NCBI GenBank assembly: GCA_045837725.1
Contig: JBEWZL010000124.1
Location: 1-64,000 of the forward strand
Length of the DNA stretch: 64,000 bases
DNA from: Vermamoeba vermiformis
Taxonomy: Eukaryota
Direction: 5' to 3'
Under the pieces are notes generated by a model. That model was not told the origin of the DNA, made no database searches, and saw nothing but the letters and a program-made list of their open reading frames with translations. This document shows, one piece after another, positions 37,392-49,729 of the stretch. Position 1 is the stretch's first letter. Each line of letters starts with the position of its first letter. The translations under genes were made by a program, and so were the position numbers.

Positions 37392-38646
37392 ATGGAGACT
37401 GGAGCAAAGAAAATTCAGGCAGTCATCCACAGTCGGATGGATTCAGTGTTGCAACAAAGAAAGTAAGAACGCGTGGGTTAGCCTTGAAAACAATTTTTTA
37501 TAATAATATACTAACTGTATTTAATTTTTGTCTACAAATAGAGAGCAGGAGAAGCTGATGAGTATTTTAAATATTGTTGCAAAAGTGACATCCGAAAATA
37601 CAGCGCAGACTTTCGTTCAAACAGAGGCAGATAAATATCAAACAGATGATATGAACAAAGAATTTATAAAAAATAATATAGATTTCGACTTACAACTCCT
37701 GTTTGACGAACCAGTCGAGATTTGGATCGACGTTCTTAAAGGTTACTCCTCCTTGACGATCAACTGCCCTATACTTTATATTTACCCCGTGATATTTTAG
37801 GTCTCACAACATCCAAGGCTAAATGGAAATTTTTATTTGTCCTTGAACCAGATCCGATTCTCGGCATTCAATCTCAGTAAGTCTAGTTGTCAATATTAAA
37901 TTTCATTAATACCTCGTGCAGAGCTATTGAAATGGCACATAATTTCAATGCTGTATTTACTTGGAATCCCGTAGTGCTATCTAAATGTTCAAATGCAGTT
38001 TTGTTCGAGCACGCAGGAACCTGGATCTTGCCCTCGATGCGTGAGGCAGTAAGCGACATTTCAAAGAAACAACTTAATATAAGCTTTGTAAGTACCTTCT
38101 CAACCACGAAGACGGAGATCAAATACTGAAATTTAGCTATAGGTCTGTGGTAACAAGGCTCAAACTGACGGTCACAAATTGCGCTTGAAGATCTGGAACA
38201 AACAAATGTCCATCACAACACCCTCATTATTCTACGTGAGTGGACAAGCAGGTAGTGGACTCAATAGACCACGTGACAACCCGTTCTTGCCTGCTGCACT
38301 TGATGGCAAGCGAGTGTTGTTCGAACAGTCCATGTTCCATTTGACGATCGAAAACACCAAGCTAGAGAATTATTTCTCGGAAAAACTCGTCGACGCATTG
38401 ATTAGCAAGACGGTGCCGGTCTATTGGGGCTGTCCAAACATCGACGAGTGGTTCGATCCACGCGGATTCATTTTCATCAACGACAACATCGACGAAATTA
38501 TTAGCACACTTAATAACTTAACTGCAGAGGATTATATGAGTAGATTACCGTTCATTGAAGAAAATTACAAGCGAGCAGAACAGTACTTGGACTTGCAGAG
38601 TAGAATGACGCTGGCGATTGACAAACAAATCAACGCCGGCAAATAA
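37392..38646 (+). CDS. GT10 (alpha-1,3-fucosyltransferase)-like glycosyltransferase
   Basis: SMFHLTIENTKLENYFSEKLVDALISKTVPVYWGCPNI matches the GT10 donor-binding motif. No N-terminal TM anchor is seen. Confidence 0.75.
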
Positions 38647-38795
38647 ACTCGACCTGTTCATAAATAACGATTCAAATTACTGTACTTATACTTTTTGACT
38701 AATGTTTGGCCTAAACGTAACGAAATCTTTGGCCTTAAAAACAAACGGGAAAAGTACCTTATTTTCGATATTTTAATAAGTATTCAATGTTGGTC

Positions 38796-40071
38796 TTAAA
38801 TAAAGTGTATTTTCTTATGACCATATCCGAGCTTCACTTTGTTGTCCTCGTACAAATCTCGCAACGCGTCCATGTAGACCTTGTGCCAGTGTTCCACCTC
38901 AGTCGGTGACGGGTTTTCTATTTTTGGCAAATCAATAGGCTTGCCAATCAGCGTGCACAGCCATCGACGGTGTGGCATGAAGCCAATACTGTACATAAAT
39001 ATGCCGCGACCATTCACCATGGGCAGCGTAAAGCCCAACGTCTGTCGGTACAAAAAAAGTTAATTAACAATAAATGTTTTAATCTTAATTGCCTAATTTA
39101 GGTATATTAGCAAGTATTATGTACCTTTTTGACCGTTTCTTGGAAAGTTCGGAGTTTGCTGCCCTTGGGATTATCAACTTGCTTGTAAAGTTCGTTCTCG
39201 CCGAAAGCAAACACGGGCACGAGCGCTGCACCGGCTATCAGTGCTAATCGGACAAATCCGTATCTAAAAAAGGAAATAATCAATAATTATTTTTCCTCCA
39301 TAGATAAAAATGTCGATCGTGATCCGCAACGAGAATAAAAATTTCTTTGGAGCGCACCAAGGCCTTATGTATTTCATTATATATAATAATATAATAATAT
39401 TACCTTTTTTTAATAACAATATCGCGATTTCCAGGTCTAGCGTGCAAACTTTCTTCTGCGCCACCAACGACGAGCAAAACTGACATTTTATGTTGAAGAG
39501 CACCGAGAATTGATTTCTTATCGCTGCCAATGCACCCCATGGCATATAAGTAGTCTCTAAAGAATGGAATGCTGAAGTTGCTTTCCAATGTTACTACGCG
39601 CAGATCTACACCAGGAAACATCGCGTTGAATCCACCGGAAGAGTACGTCATAAAGTTCGCCCAAACACTCATGCCAATAATACCTTATATATATTAATAT
39701 TATGCTAATATTGGAGATTTAAACGTACCGTGAGGGTGGATGCACAACATGTGAGGTTTTTTCGGATCAAGATCCGCAGTTTTAACCAATTGAGTCGGAA
39801 AATATTCGCGGAATTTTAATAAGTGCGGCATTGATCGGACTCGCACGGACATTCGCTTGGCTCTGCGATGAACTGGCACTCGTACATCGAGATAAAAGAT
39901 CCACGTTAAGTAGACTAAATATGGCACCCATAATAACGGATTAATGATGCAAACTATATTCAACGCTATTAATAGGAATGGTGTGAGCACTGTGATGAAG
40001 GTGCTGATGGTCTGGATTCGCCTTTCGAGCGGGATGTTGAACGGATTTGCTACCGAAGTAATTCTAACCAT
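38796..40071 (-). CDS. DGAT2: Diacylglycerol/monoacylglycerol acyltransferase, DGAT2 family
   Basis: EYFP, HPHG, VVGGAEESL, KRYGFVRLAL..GAALVPVFAFGENELY and GRG motifs. Confidence 0.92.
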
Positions 40072-40546
40072 CTATACTGCTGGAAATATTAATACAATGA
40101 TTATTCATATTTTATTTCAATTTTCTGGCTTTTCTAAAATTAATTTCCAAAATGTTTTTCAAGCCGAAAAAAACGCCTTAGTCGCAACTGGCTTCTACTT
40201 ACTCTATATACAATAAAAAATATATTAATATTTTTTTCAGTCTATTTATAATACAATGCCGCTTCGCTGTGGCCTTCAGTTTTTGATAAATTTAGAAAAG
40301 TGGCCTAAAATTTTGGAACCGGAGAAAATCCCGGCTTTCAGTGAAAACACTCGACTTCAAATAGTGCTCAGCTCGGTATTTCCATTTATAGTAATAATGG
40401 AGATAGAACGCGATGCACGTAGAATTCAATTCAAATTTGCGTCGTATACTCCAATCCAGCCTTTTTAGATCTGCCCGGCTTATTGAAGATTCAGTGATAC
40501 ATATAGTACAATCGAATACTTATATATTTAAATATTAATTGACATA

Positions 40547-43500
40547 TTACAATGAGGTGCTTTGTTGTTGTTTCCAATCGACCATCAGCTCCGTCAATTG
40601 AATAATTTTCTTGGCTTGTTTCAATGCAGCCAATTCCTCAGTGCATTTCTATTTAAATATAGCGTTAATATATATGACGCTTAATTATGCTACTATTTGG
40701 CGAACGTACCTTTCTCTTTTGACCAACTTCGTCGGATTCGAACAACAATTCGTCGTACAACTCTTCCTTGTACAAATTGCTGACTAACTCACGCTGCATG
40801 TTGTCTTTTGAAGAATTGACGAGTGTCAACATAATTGCCTAATTGGGAAATAACCGTGGATTAGAACGTCTCTTGGACCTTAAAAAATTATTGCAAAGTT
40901 ACCTTGACGGTGTGATCCTGCACGCTCTTTTTTACAATATCAAAGTACGAGCTCAACAATTGCTCTAAATAACTAACATTAGCAAGTGAATAAGACACTA
41001 GGGATCAAAGTACAATACATACTGATGAGTTTGATCTGTTGCATTTCACGTTCAGAGATTTCTTCGGTGACTTTAATCGCGCTGCCAAAGTCGCGTTGTT
41101 CGTCTTTTTTGACTTCAATCGGCTTGCTTTCAGGCTTGGGCTTGGTGCCGAACAAAAAGCCGAAAATGCCTGAACCACCGCTGCCGTCACTGTTGCTGTC
41201 CTTGATCATGCGCTCGAGCTCCACATCACGTGTTTCTTCTACGAATAATAGACGTTATTACCAAAAATGGAAAGGTTACGGCGAAAAAAAGGTTAGGACC
41301 GAGATGCAGATCGCGTTGTAAGTGCCGAATATTCGGAAGAACATATGATATTACGTTACTATAGGATATATTCCTTACCTTGACGAGGCTTCAAGAGACC
41401 CAAGCCAACAAAGTCCGGGTGATTGGTGTTGATGTACGTGAGTTCCAGCGCGATCAACTGTTCAATCAGCGCGTTGGATTGTTTCACGAGCTTCTTCATC
41501 ATGTAATTGGCGGTCTCTAAGATCTTCAAGCGGAGTTTAGGATATCTTTGCAAGTCTTTAGCCTCCAACTGTTGCACGATGCGCATCAACTCGCTGTGAA
41601 TAACTTCGGCGCATTGGTGAGCTGGATCGCGCAACATTTCAATTTGTCGCTTGGCCAACAACTCAAAGGCCGCGTCGGGCACGAACAGCGATGCCTTAGG
41701 ACCAGCGGCATTGCGCAGAGCAGTGCGAATGTCACTCAGTGTCAAGTTGGTGGTCGCTGAGATCTTGTTCAAATTTTGCACAAAACTCTCGTGGAAGATG
41801 TAACGAATACGAGCACCGCCGTTACTGTCAATAGAATATTAGCAACGACTAGTGCGGAGGGAAATTTCCGACTTACAGTTCCTTGGTCTCGATCTCATTG
41901 GGCAAGCCTTCAATGGCTGCTTTGAACTCCTGCGCGAATCGATTGATGATTTGCAACAACAACCAGCCCTTGGCTGCCGGTGTGTTGGCCAGATAAGCTT
42001 GAGTGTCTTCACCGAGTGTTGCGAGCTCAGCTTTCTTGGCAGCAATCAAATCACGCACTTGATTACGCAAGCCCGGCAAGGTCTTGCGGATGTGGTCCGT
42101 CAAGAGCTATAAGCCGTGGAAATAAGTTGATGGACGAAATAAACGAATAAAAACGTTCGGTACGTACCTCGTTGCATCTGTGAGCCAAGTACATGGTGCC
42201 AACTTTTTGACCCAAGATTTGGTACTGAGGATGACGCGCGAAGAAATCTCGCTCGTCTTGAAGAGCCTCCGTGATTGGTTTGCGATTGAGAATGTCTCTT
42301 TGACTTCTGTAAAACAACGCGTGTCAGTACGACATCACAAAAGCGGTGTTGGACACGCACCTGTTTACAACACCAATCCATCCGTGCTTCAACGGGATGT
42401 GCATTCCAGTCAGTACGTTCATGGCGTCGGTGCCTTTGTCCATCAAATCAAGCTTGGTCAACACACCGAGTGTTCTGTTGCCCTCGGGATCCACTTCACG
42501 AGCCATCTTTAGCGCATCGCTCGTGGCCAAATCTTTCGTCAAACAAGATTAGACATCTGTATGGTTAATGAAGGCTCTTAGCGTACCTTGATTGGCAGAT
42601 TGCACGGCCAAAATAATTGCGTTGGGCTTAGAAATAAATTCGCGAATGAGTTCACGGATGCGTTCCTCGATGTCACTAGGCTGATCACCAACTGGAATCT
42701 TAATGCCACATAATACTATTAGATAACCTAGATAAAGCAATACAACGGAAATACTTACACGTGCAATGCCCGGCGTGTCAACAAGTGTCAAGTTGATGAC
42801 GTGTGGCGAGTAAACTTTGAGCAAGATTGGTTGCTTGCTAATGCCTTTGTTTTTACCAGCAATTCTGCAATGAAATATTAGCACGAGGTACAATAGACGG
42901 CTAGTAAGAAGAAGAGCGTTCACTCCTACCTTTCAGTCTCGTTCTCAATTTCTTTCTTAATGTCCTCAAAATTGTGGTACTTGTGACCATGTTTGTGCAA
43001 AAACTCTCCGTATTCTGACGTCATAAAGATTAGACAAGACCCACGCATGTAAGCAAATGGGTGCCATGTTCCCGGGCTTACCTTCGTTGGAGTCATTTCG
43101 GTTCAACTGTAGAATCAAAGGTCGACGTGTTACAATGTCAGTACCACGTGGCAAGAAATCTCGACCAACGAGATTTTCTAGTACTGAACTTTTACCGCTG
43201 CTCTGACTGGGTTTGGGCAAGGTCAGCATCAGTTAGGTGACTATATCTAGCCACAATATTTAACGTACCCTCCAACAACGACGATCTGAGGCAGATCAAG
43301 CTCGGTTCCGACCATTGCAAAAATTTCTTGCAATTTATTCACTGTTGGAATGAGCTGTAAAACGAAAATCAGAATTTCGATTACGTGGCACAATAAACAT
43401 GGATGAGTTCGCTTACTTCATTACCAATGGGCTTAACGTTTGATTTCACGTCCGCATTTACGATCACTGAGGCGTGGAATAAACGCACCGTAGGAGCTCG

Positions 43501-43551
43501 AAGATCCGCCTGAAAATATTCAGTGAAAATTAGAATAATGCCTTTCAACAT
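40547..43551 (-). CDS. Dynamin-related GTPase (Drp1/Vps1/DymB-like); start codon uncertain
   Basis: [65 protein letters not shown], middle domain and GED ([13 protein letters not shown]). Confidence 0.92.
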
Positions 43552-44294
43552 AGCATTTCGCAGATTATGAATAAAGTGAATTAAAATAACTATTTTACGT
43601 TTTAATAAAGAGATCTGTTATTAATAAAATCAAGCTGTCAATTTGCAAAAATTAATTCTCGCGTGCCAAGCTGTTGCGAACATATAATACCCACAAAAAT
43701 TAATATCCTAGAGATAGACGTAATTTTAAAATTATTAAATCGCTTACTGCTGAATTTACAACGGTTTTTTTGCGTTGTTGCAACAAATTGATTGATCTCG
43801 AGCTGAAAGCTGATAAGCTTCGTGAGGTCGTTTGATAACTCCTTGACAAAGGAGCATTTGTGAATAGATCGGCCTTGCTCGCTTTAGAGCAGATATCTAA
43901 ATAAAGTAAGTCAGATTCGCAGTCAGAAAACAAACCAGGAGCTGCTTACTATTAACCGCTCGAAGGCCAGCTCTCACTGCATACATGTTGTTGTATAACA
44001 ATTGAATTGCAACAATAAAGCAATAGTCTGTTTTGATTTTTTTCTGTGAGTTCAGTAATCAAACCACACGGAATTCAAGGCGCTTTCGCGAACAGTCTCA
44101 ACTGTAGTTCTATCTTTAAGGAGCAAATGGATTAGCTGTGTTAAGGCTTGACCTTTGTAGTACGAGCTCAAATACCACAAGAGGACTAGATAATGAGCTA
44201 AAGACGTGACTTCGTGTAAAAAGACCGGTTTGCTTGATGATAAAATAACATGTTTAACAAACTCTCTACATAGGTCATTACTTAGCTATCGCAT

Positions 44295-46535
44295 TTATAT
44301 GTTTTTCCTCGTCAACAACTTGGCAAGTACTCGCAGCGCTCCGTTGCGGAAGGTTCTGGTTATGAATCCGGATTTGAGAAACCATGCTGATCCCTGTGGC
44401 GAGTACAATATCAAAATTGTGCTTGGGAAGTGTTCGTTCTACAATCTTGTGTACTTACGGCTTCGCTTCCCAGTAAGAATGGCTTCGAGCGCTTGTTGAT
44501 CTCGATCTCAGAGTCGGAGAGAAATGATTCAATCAGCTTGTTTCTTTGATTAATTCGGGATAGATCTTTGTAGTCCGGCGATTGTGGGTCAAATTCCGCC
44601 ACTTTCGCACGTAGTTCCTTAGCAAGCAAGTGGGCATGTTTTACCGCTAGATTCGCACCTGAAAAGGTTTAGAGGATTTAATCGTGGTCCTAAATATCTG
44701 TATAGCGTACCTTGACCTAAAAACGGTAGGCAGTGGTTAGATGCATCGCCTATTAGCGTTACTCGGCCTCCAAGAGTATTGCTAATCGAAGATCAGCACG
44801 CGTACTAATACAATTAGAAATTATTGCAAAGAACGTACACCACACGCATAGTACTCAAATCTAGATGCATTAGCTCTTTTGAATATACTCTTTGTGGCGT
44901 TGATATATTCTCAGCAGGTGTATGCTCGATAATTGAGCGAACTGTTGAGTGATTGATTGTCAGCTGTCGCAATAGATACGCTTTCAGTTGTTCTTTGTCG
45001 TTTATCGTCTTTTGAAGGTCTTTCTCTTGCACAGGCAAGTGAACGAGCCAATTGAGTTCGTTGTCGATGAGTGTAGCCAACATCGAGTCTCCCTGACCGA
45101 GTTGAATGAACGAAACTGTTTATACCGGTGTCAAATACGCTGATACGAGAATATATTGCAAAAGAATGGACTTACAGTAATCTTTTAGCCGAGGACTTGC
45201 TTTTACACTGCCACAAAACTTAGTCTATATTGATAAATTGTTTCGGATGGCAACACAAAACTTACCTTTCAAGCCCGCTCGCATCCAACACGCCGTTAAT
45301 AGCGACTACATTTAAGAATTTCTTCTTTTCGTGTTTGATTTGCCTCCGTACATCGGATCTGGAGATTAAAACGGAGATTAACAATAAACGAATGTTGGTA
45401 TACTGGCCGCATGCAGCCCTGAAATATTCGTTGGTTGAACAAAGCGAGCATGATTTATATTAAGTAGCTATTAAACCACCGCTCCGCGTTGATTTGGTTG
45501 GCAGGTGCCAAAGGCTACTTACTGTGCTCCATCCGCTCCGATCAATATGTCAAACGTGTGCTCCACAGTATTTTCATCTTTGCCGTTATTTGTCTTTGCA
45601 AACACGCGCACCTGAACATCACTTTCGTCCTTCTCTGCAGCATTGTCTTTCGTCAAGAGGATCGGATCTGATCCGGTTTTATTCAGATATTCTTCGTAAT
45701 GATGGAAATCTGTTCCCCAAGCGATTTTAATCCTAAAATCGAGTATAAACCAGTTAAATTGTTATTTACTTTACGATGCTATATATGTGCGATGCTCGAG
45801 TAAAGTAAGGAAGATGAAGAATTCCGCAATTCGTTGACAAATTCGCTCAGAATTAGACTCACATCGGCACGTATATAATGTTGATAATATAAATTATAGT
45901 GTTTACCCTAAACTTTCGCAGCATTCAACAAGTGCTTGGTGCAGTTGATCTTTTGACACGCGATACAAGGTAACGCAATCTTCTTTTTTTGGGTCAGGAA
46001 TAAACTCCAGTTCTTTGTCTGTTCCCAATACAATTCAATGTTAAACCAGTACTGTCGCATAATGATTTGCAACATATTCCGTACCGCCGTCATATAACGG
46101 AATTCTAGTCGCTGGACGGGAGTGTTTCAGATCCAGCTTGCTGACAATGCTCTCGTTGAAATCCTTCAACTGATCAACGGCTATAATACGTTAATATATA
46201 GTCCAAAGACGTAAGAGTACTTACTTGAGTCCATTAGTGTCAAGTTGTAGCCCCATTTCCTTCCGTCCTCTAGGGACACGTAAATACTCTAAAATGGTTG
46301 TATATATTTTATTACATACTATTACTTTGCTCTAACACCGATACATCGACTCCTAAGTTCTTGAGGGCAATGGCAGCTGCGATCCAAAAAAAAATTGTTT
46401 TAAAAATTATCCAAAATTATTCCAATGGCATTTTTGCATACTAGATAGTCCACTAATACCAGCGCCAATAATTCCGACTTTTGGAAGCTCAATATTATGA
46501 GTTGATATTGTTTTCCTCTGCTCTTGATCTGCCAT
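44295..46535 (-). CDS. FAD-dependent monooxygenase (UbiH/salicylate hydroxylase-like)
   Basis: VGIIGAGISGL (GxGxxG), LIGADGA (DG motif) and RVTLIGDASNHCLPFLGQGANLA (GD motif). Confidence 0.85.
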
Positions 46536-46866
46536 TCTTCCTCTAATTCGCTCTGATTGTTACAAATACTATTGTGCTATAACTGTGCACTACTATTCCC
46601 ACTGTGGTCACGGGAGAAAAGGGCTGTGCGGGACTGCAAACTAAAGTTTCCTGTCTGAACTCATTTTGCCGAGAACGTCACTTTCAAGAAAAGCCATTGT
46701 TTCATAGATCTTTTGCAATACAATGTCTAAAAATAACGTTCTTTGAATCGCGAAAATCGGTTTTGAACTTGACCAATGGTTGCTGTTTTATTTTCGTTTG
46801 AAAAAAAAATGCGCACTTAACAGCCACTTTATGACTATATCATTTACACTAATGACAGAATAATAA

Positions 46867-49404
46867 ATGGATGTTGAACGAAGGATAATGGTGATTGGCC
46901 CTGCCGGTGCAGGTAAAACGATCTGGCCCTTGGGCCCTTCTTCGCGCAAATGCTTACTATAAATTACAGGAAAATCTACTTTCCTTATCCAATATTTGTA
47001 CAATCACTTTGTAGAAGAATATGACCCAACTATCGGTAAGAAAGTTTAGATCGATTTCAATTTCGTTCTCGGCTCCTTTGTTAATTTATGCAAATTTATA
47101 ATTCTCACTGCATATTAATTAGTATGAATATTGCTAATTTTATCAAAATATTTAGAGGATTCTTACCGCAAGCGGGTCAACGCAGATGGAGTGGTTAGTT
47201 TCCGCAGGTCACTCTTTCCGACACTAACTAATCTTTGACTTGATAGATTCTTCTACTTGATATATTTGACACTGCAGGTAATAGAAAACAAATTTGACAG
47301 CAATTGTGGATTGATCCAAAATTGATTCCAAATTACGATGCAGGTTTTCTTGATGAAGCTAGTCCCGCTGACCCGTAAGTTCTAGAAATGAGTCTGCCAT
47401 TAATAACTAAATGATATCATATTAGAATGACAGCATATGTGTACGCAGGGGTAAGCGATTGGATCCGCAAGTTTTTTTTGTTTACTAACCGCACATAGCA
47501 CCTCACAACAGCGCGCATGTTAATTATAGTCTACGATATAACAAAGAGATCTAGCTTTGAGCGTGTCACAGACTATTGGTACAAAGCTAAAGAGCAGCTT
47601 GACGAGTCTAACGCAACGCATCCGGTCGTGTTGCTCATTGGAAACAAATTGGTACTTTTATCGCAATTATAATATACCAATGATTATACTATATTAATAC
47701 ATTATTCAGGATTTGAAAGAACAGCGAGCAGTGAAGACAGAGGAAGGTGAACAATTGGCCAGAGAACTCGGCATGATGTTCGGCGAGCTGTCGTGTACGT
47801 GATTCATATTATACCTCATCGTAACAATATCTTATACATTAATATAGCTAAAACAAGAGAAAATATGGACGAGGTAAGGATTCCAATTGCCTTTTTGAAC
47901 TGGATCTAACGAGTCGTAGCTGATGCAAAGAGCAGTAAGAGAAATAGCATTGACAATCGATTACGCTCGTGCAAGTAAGTATTGCGCGGCTTCGACCTAG
48001 CATAGTAGCTCACTCATCTCCTGCAGGTGAGTTCAAGCCGACCATCAAAGTGACACCTTCACACCAAGCTGGCCGCATGTCATCGCTGCTGAAATCTCCG
48101 ATATTCTCGGATGCAGTAGTCACTCTCAACGAGCACAAGTGGAACGTACACAAGTTCATGTAAGTGAGATATGATCGTAGTGTAAGTATTCAGAACTGAC
48201 GAGTGAACAACGATTGAAACAGATTGTCAGCACGAAGTCCAGTGTTGTTGGAGATGTTCAAAGATCCATCGATCAATCACGCCACTATCAAAGGTGACAA
48301 TATCAGTCCTGAAGCAGTGTCAGCGCTCCTTCATTACATGTACACAGCACTCGTTGACTTCTCACCCAAAATTGCATCGCAAGTCGCAGCTTTGAGTGCT
48401 GAATACAAAGTAGAAATGATTGGTGATATTGCTGCTGATATTGCCAAAAAAGGTAAAATGCTGCCTTCAACTTGGATGGCCAATTGACACCCGCTTGTCA
48501 GGCTCGTACTACCCGACTTCGGAGTCCCTTAATACACGTACAAATAAGCTCAGTGCAGATTTGCTTCGCTTTTCAAATATTGCACAGCAAGACGGTCATC
48601 CTGCCTTTGATGTCGCACTGAAAGTCGATCATCAGAAACCAATATTGACGTCACGTGCGCTACTTGCACTCAACTCAAAATACTTTATGGACCTCTTCGA
48701 GAAGGTAAATAGCTCCTAATACTCCTATCAATTGCTAACTACTACTAACTCGCTAAGTAGCACCAAGAAATGGAAGTCGAAATTGACCTTCCTCATTTGG
48801 ATCGCGCCGCCATGTCACGAATAGTCGATTGGATTTGCGGCAATCAGCTCGCACAAATAAATGCAGCTAGTACCGATGCAGAGTTGATGAAAATGTAAGG
48901 AATCGAGTCGAGTATTTCCTTTTATGGTATTTACTAACTTCATTCTTTCAGTGCGGCAACATTCGATTTGCCAAAGTCGTTCATTGAAGCAATAGAGTAT
49001 AATATCTCTGTTTTCACTGTAAGCGATAACACTCTATCCACGGCCTCTCTAACGTAGCCTATTTTAGCTCAACTTTGAGCTGCAGACCAACCAGTGGCTA
49101 GCACTGCTGAATCAAAGCGTTGGAGAACAGATCAAAAAGCTCGCTGAGTGGCAAGCTGCCGTCAAGTATAATCATATTAGCAAACAAGCGTACGTTTAAT
49201 TTTACTCGTCAATTATACCCCTATAAGTACTTATGTGCTTTAGTGACCTTTGGAAGAAAATCAATTCCAAGTCGCGGAAAAGCATCAAAGAAATGGCCGT
49301 TCAAATTGGTACTTTAGTCGACGAGAAAAAGAAGAAAGGTGATTATACATCTAAATCGCACGATAATTTAAACTAACGCACTTTTAGATTGTGGCATTTT
49401 GTAG
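46867..49404 (+). CDS. Ras-like GTPase - BTB - BTB - CAAX fusion, copy 1
   Basis: GPAGAGKS, EEYDPTIEDSYRK, LDIFDTAG, GNKLDL; BTB FSDAVVTL...VHKFILSARSPVL...LLHYMYT; second BTB FDVALKV; ends KKKKDCGIL*. Confidence 0.85.
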
Positions 49405-49729
49405 GGTTCTTCGACGGGTGAAGTACTTCGGACAGCTCAAAGAATTGTACAGGCTAAATAAAGGCTGTTAAACTGTCGCTTCTCTTAATGCGAAATCTCG
49501 GTGTTTTCAAGTCTGTTTATTTGAAACGAAAAATGGACCAATCATTTTGATTTGCGCGAAATCAGGATGACGCAAGGAGAAAAAATGCTTTTGTGAACAG
49601 AAAATAATAAGAACAGCACCTAATATAATTTGCGCTCATCTGGCAGGCACTAGTATGTCGTAAATAGGACAGCACAAAGCAATCCTTGATCCGGTCAATT
49701 ATTAATTGGAGTACGAGGGAGAAATTTAA

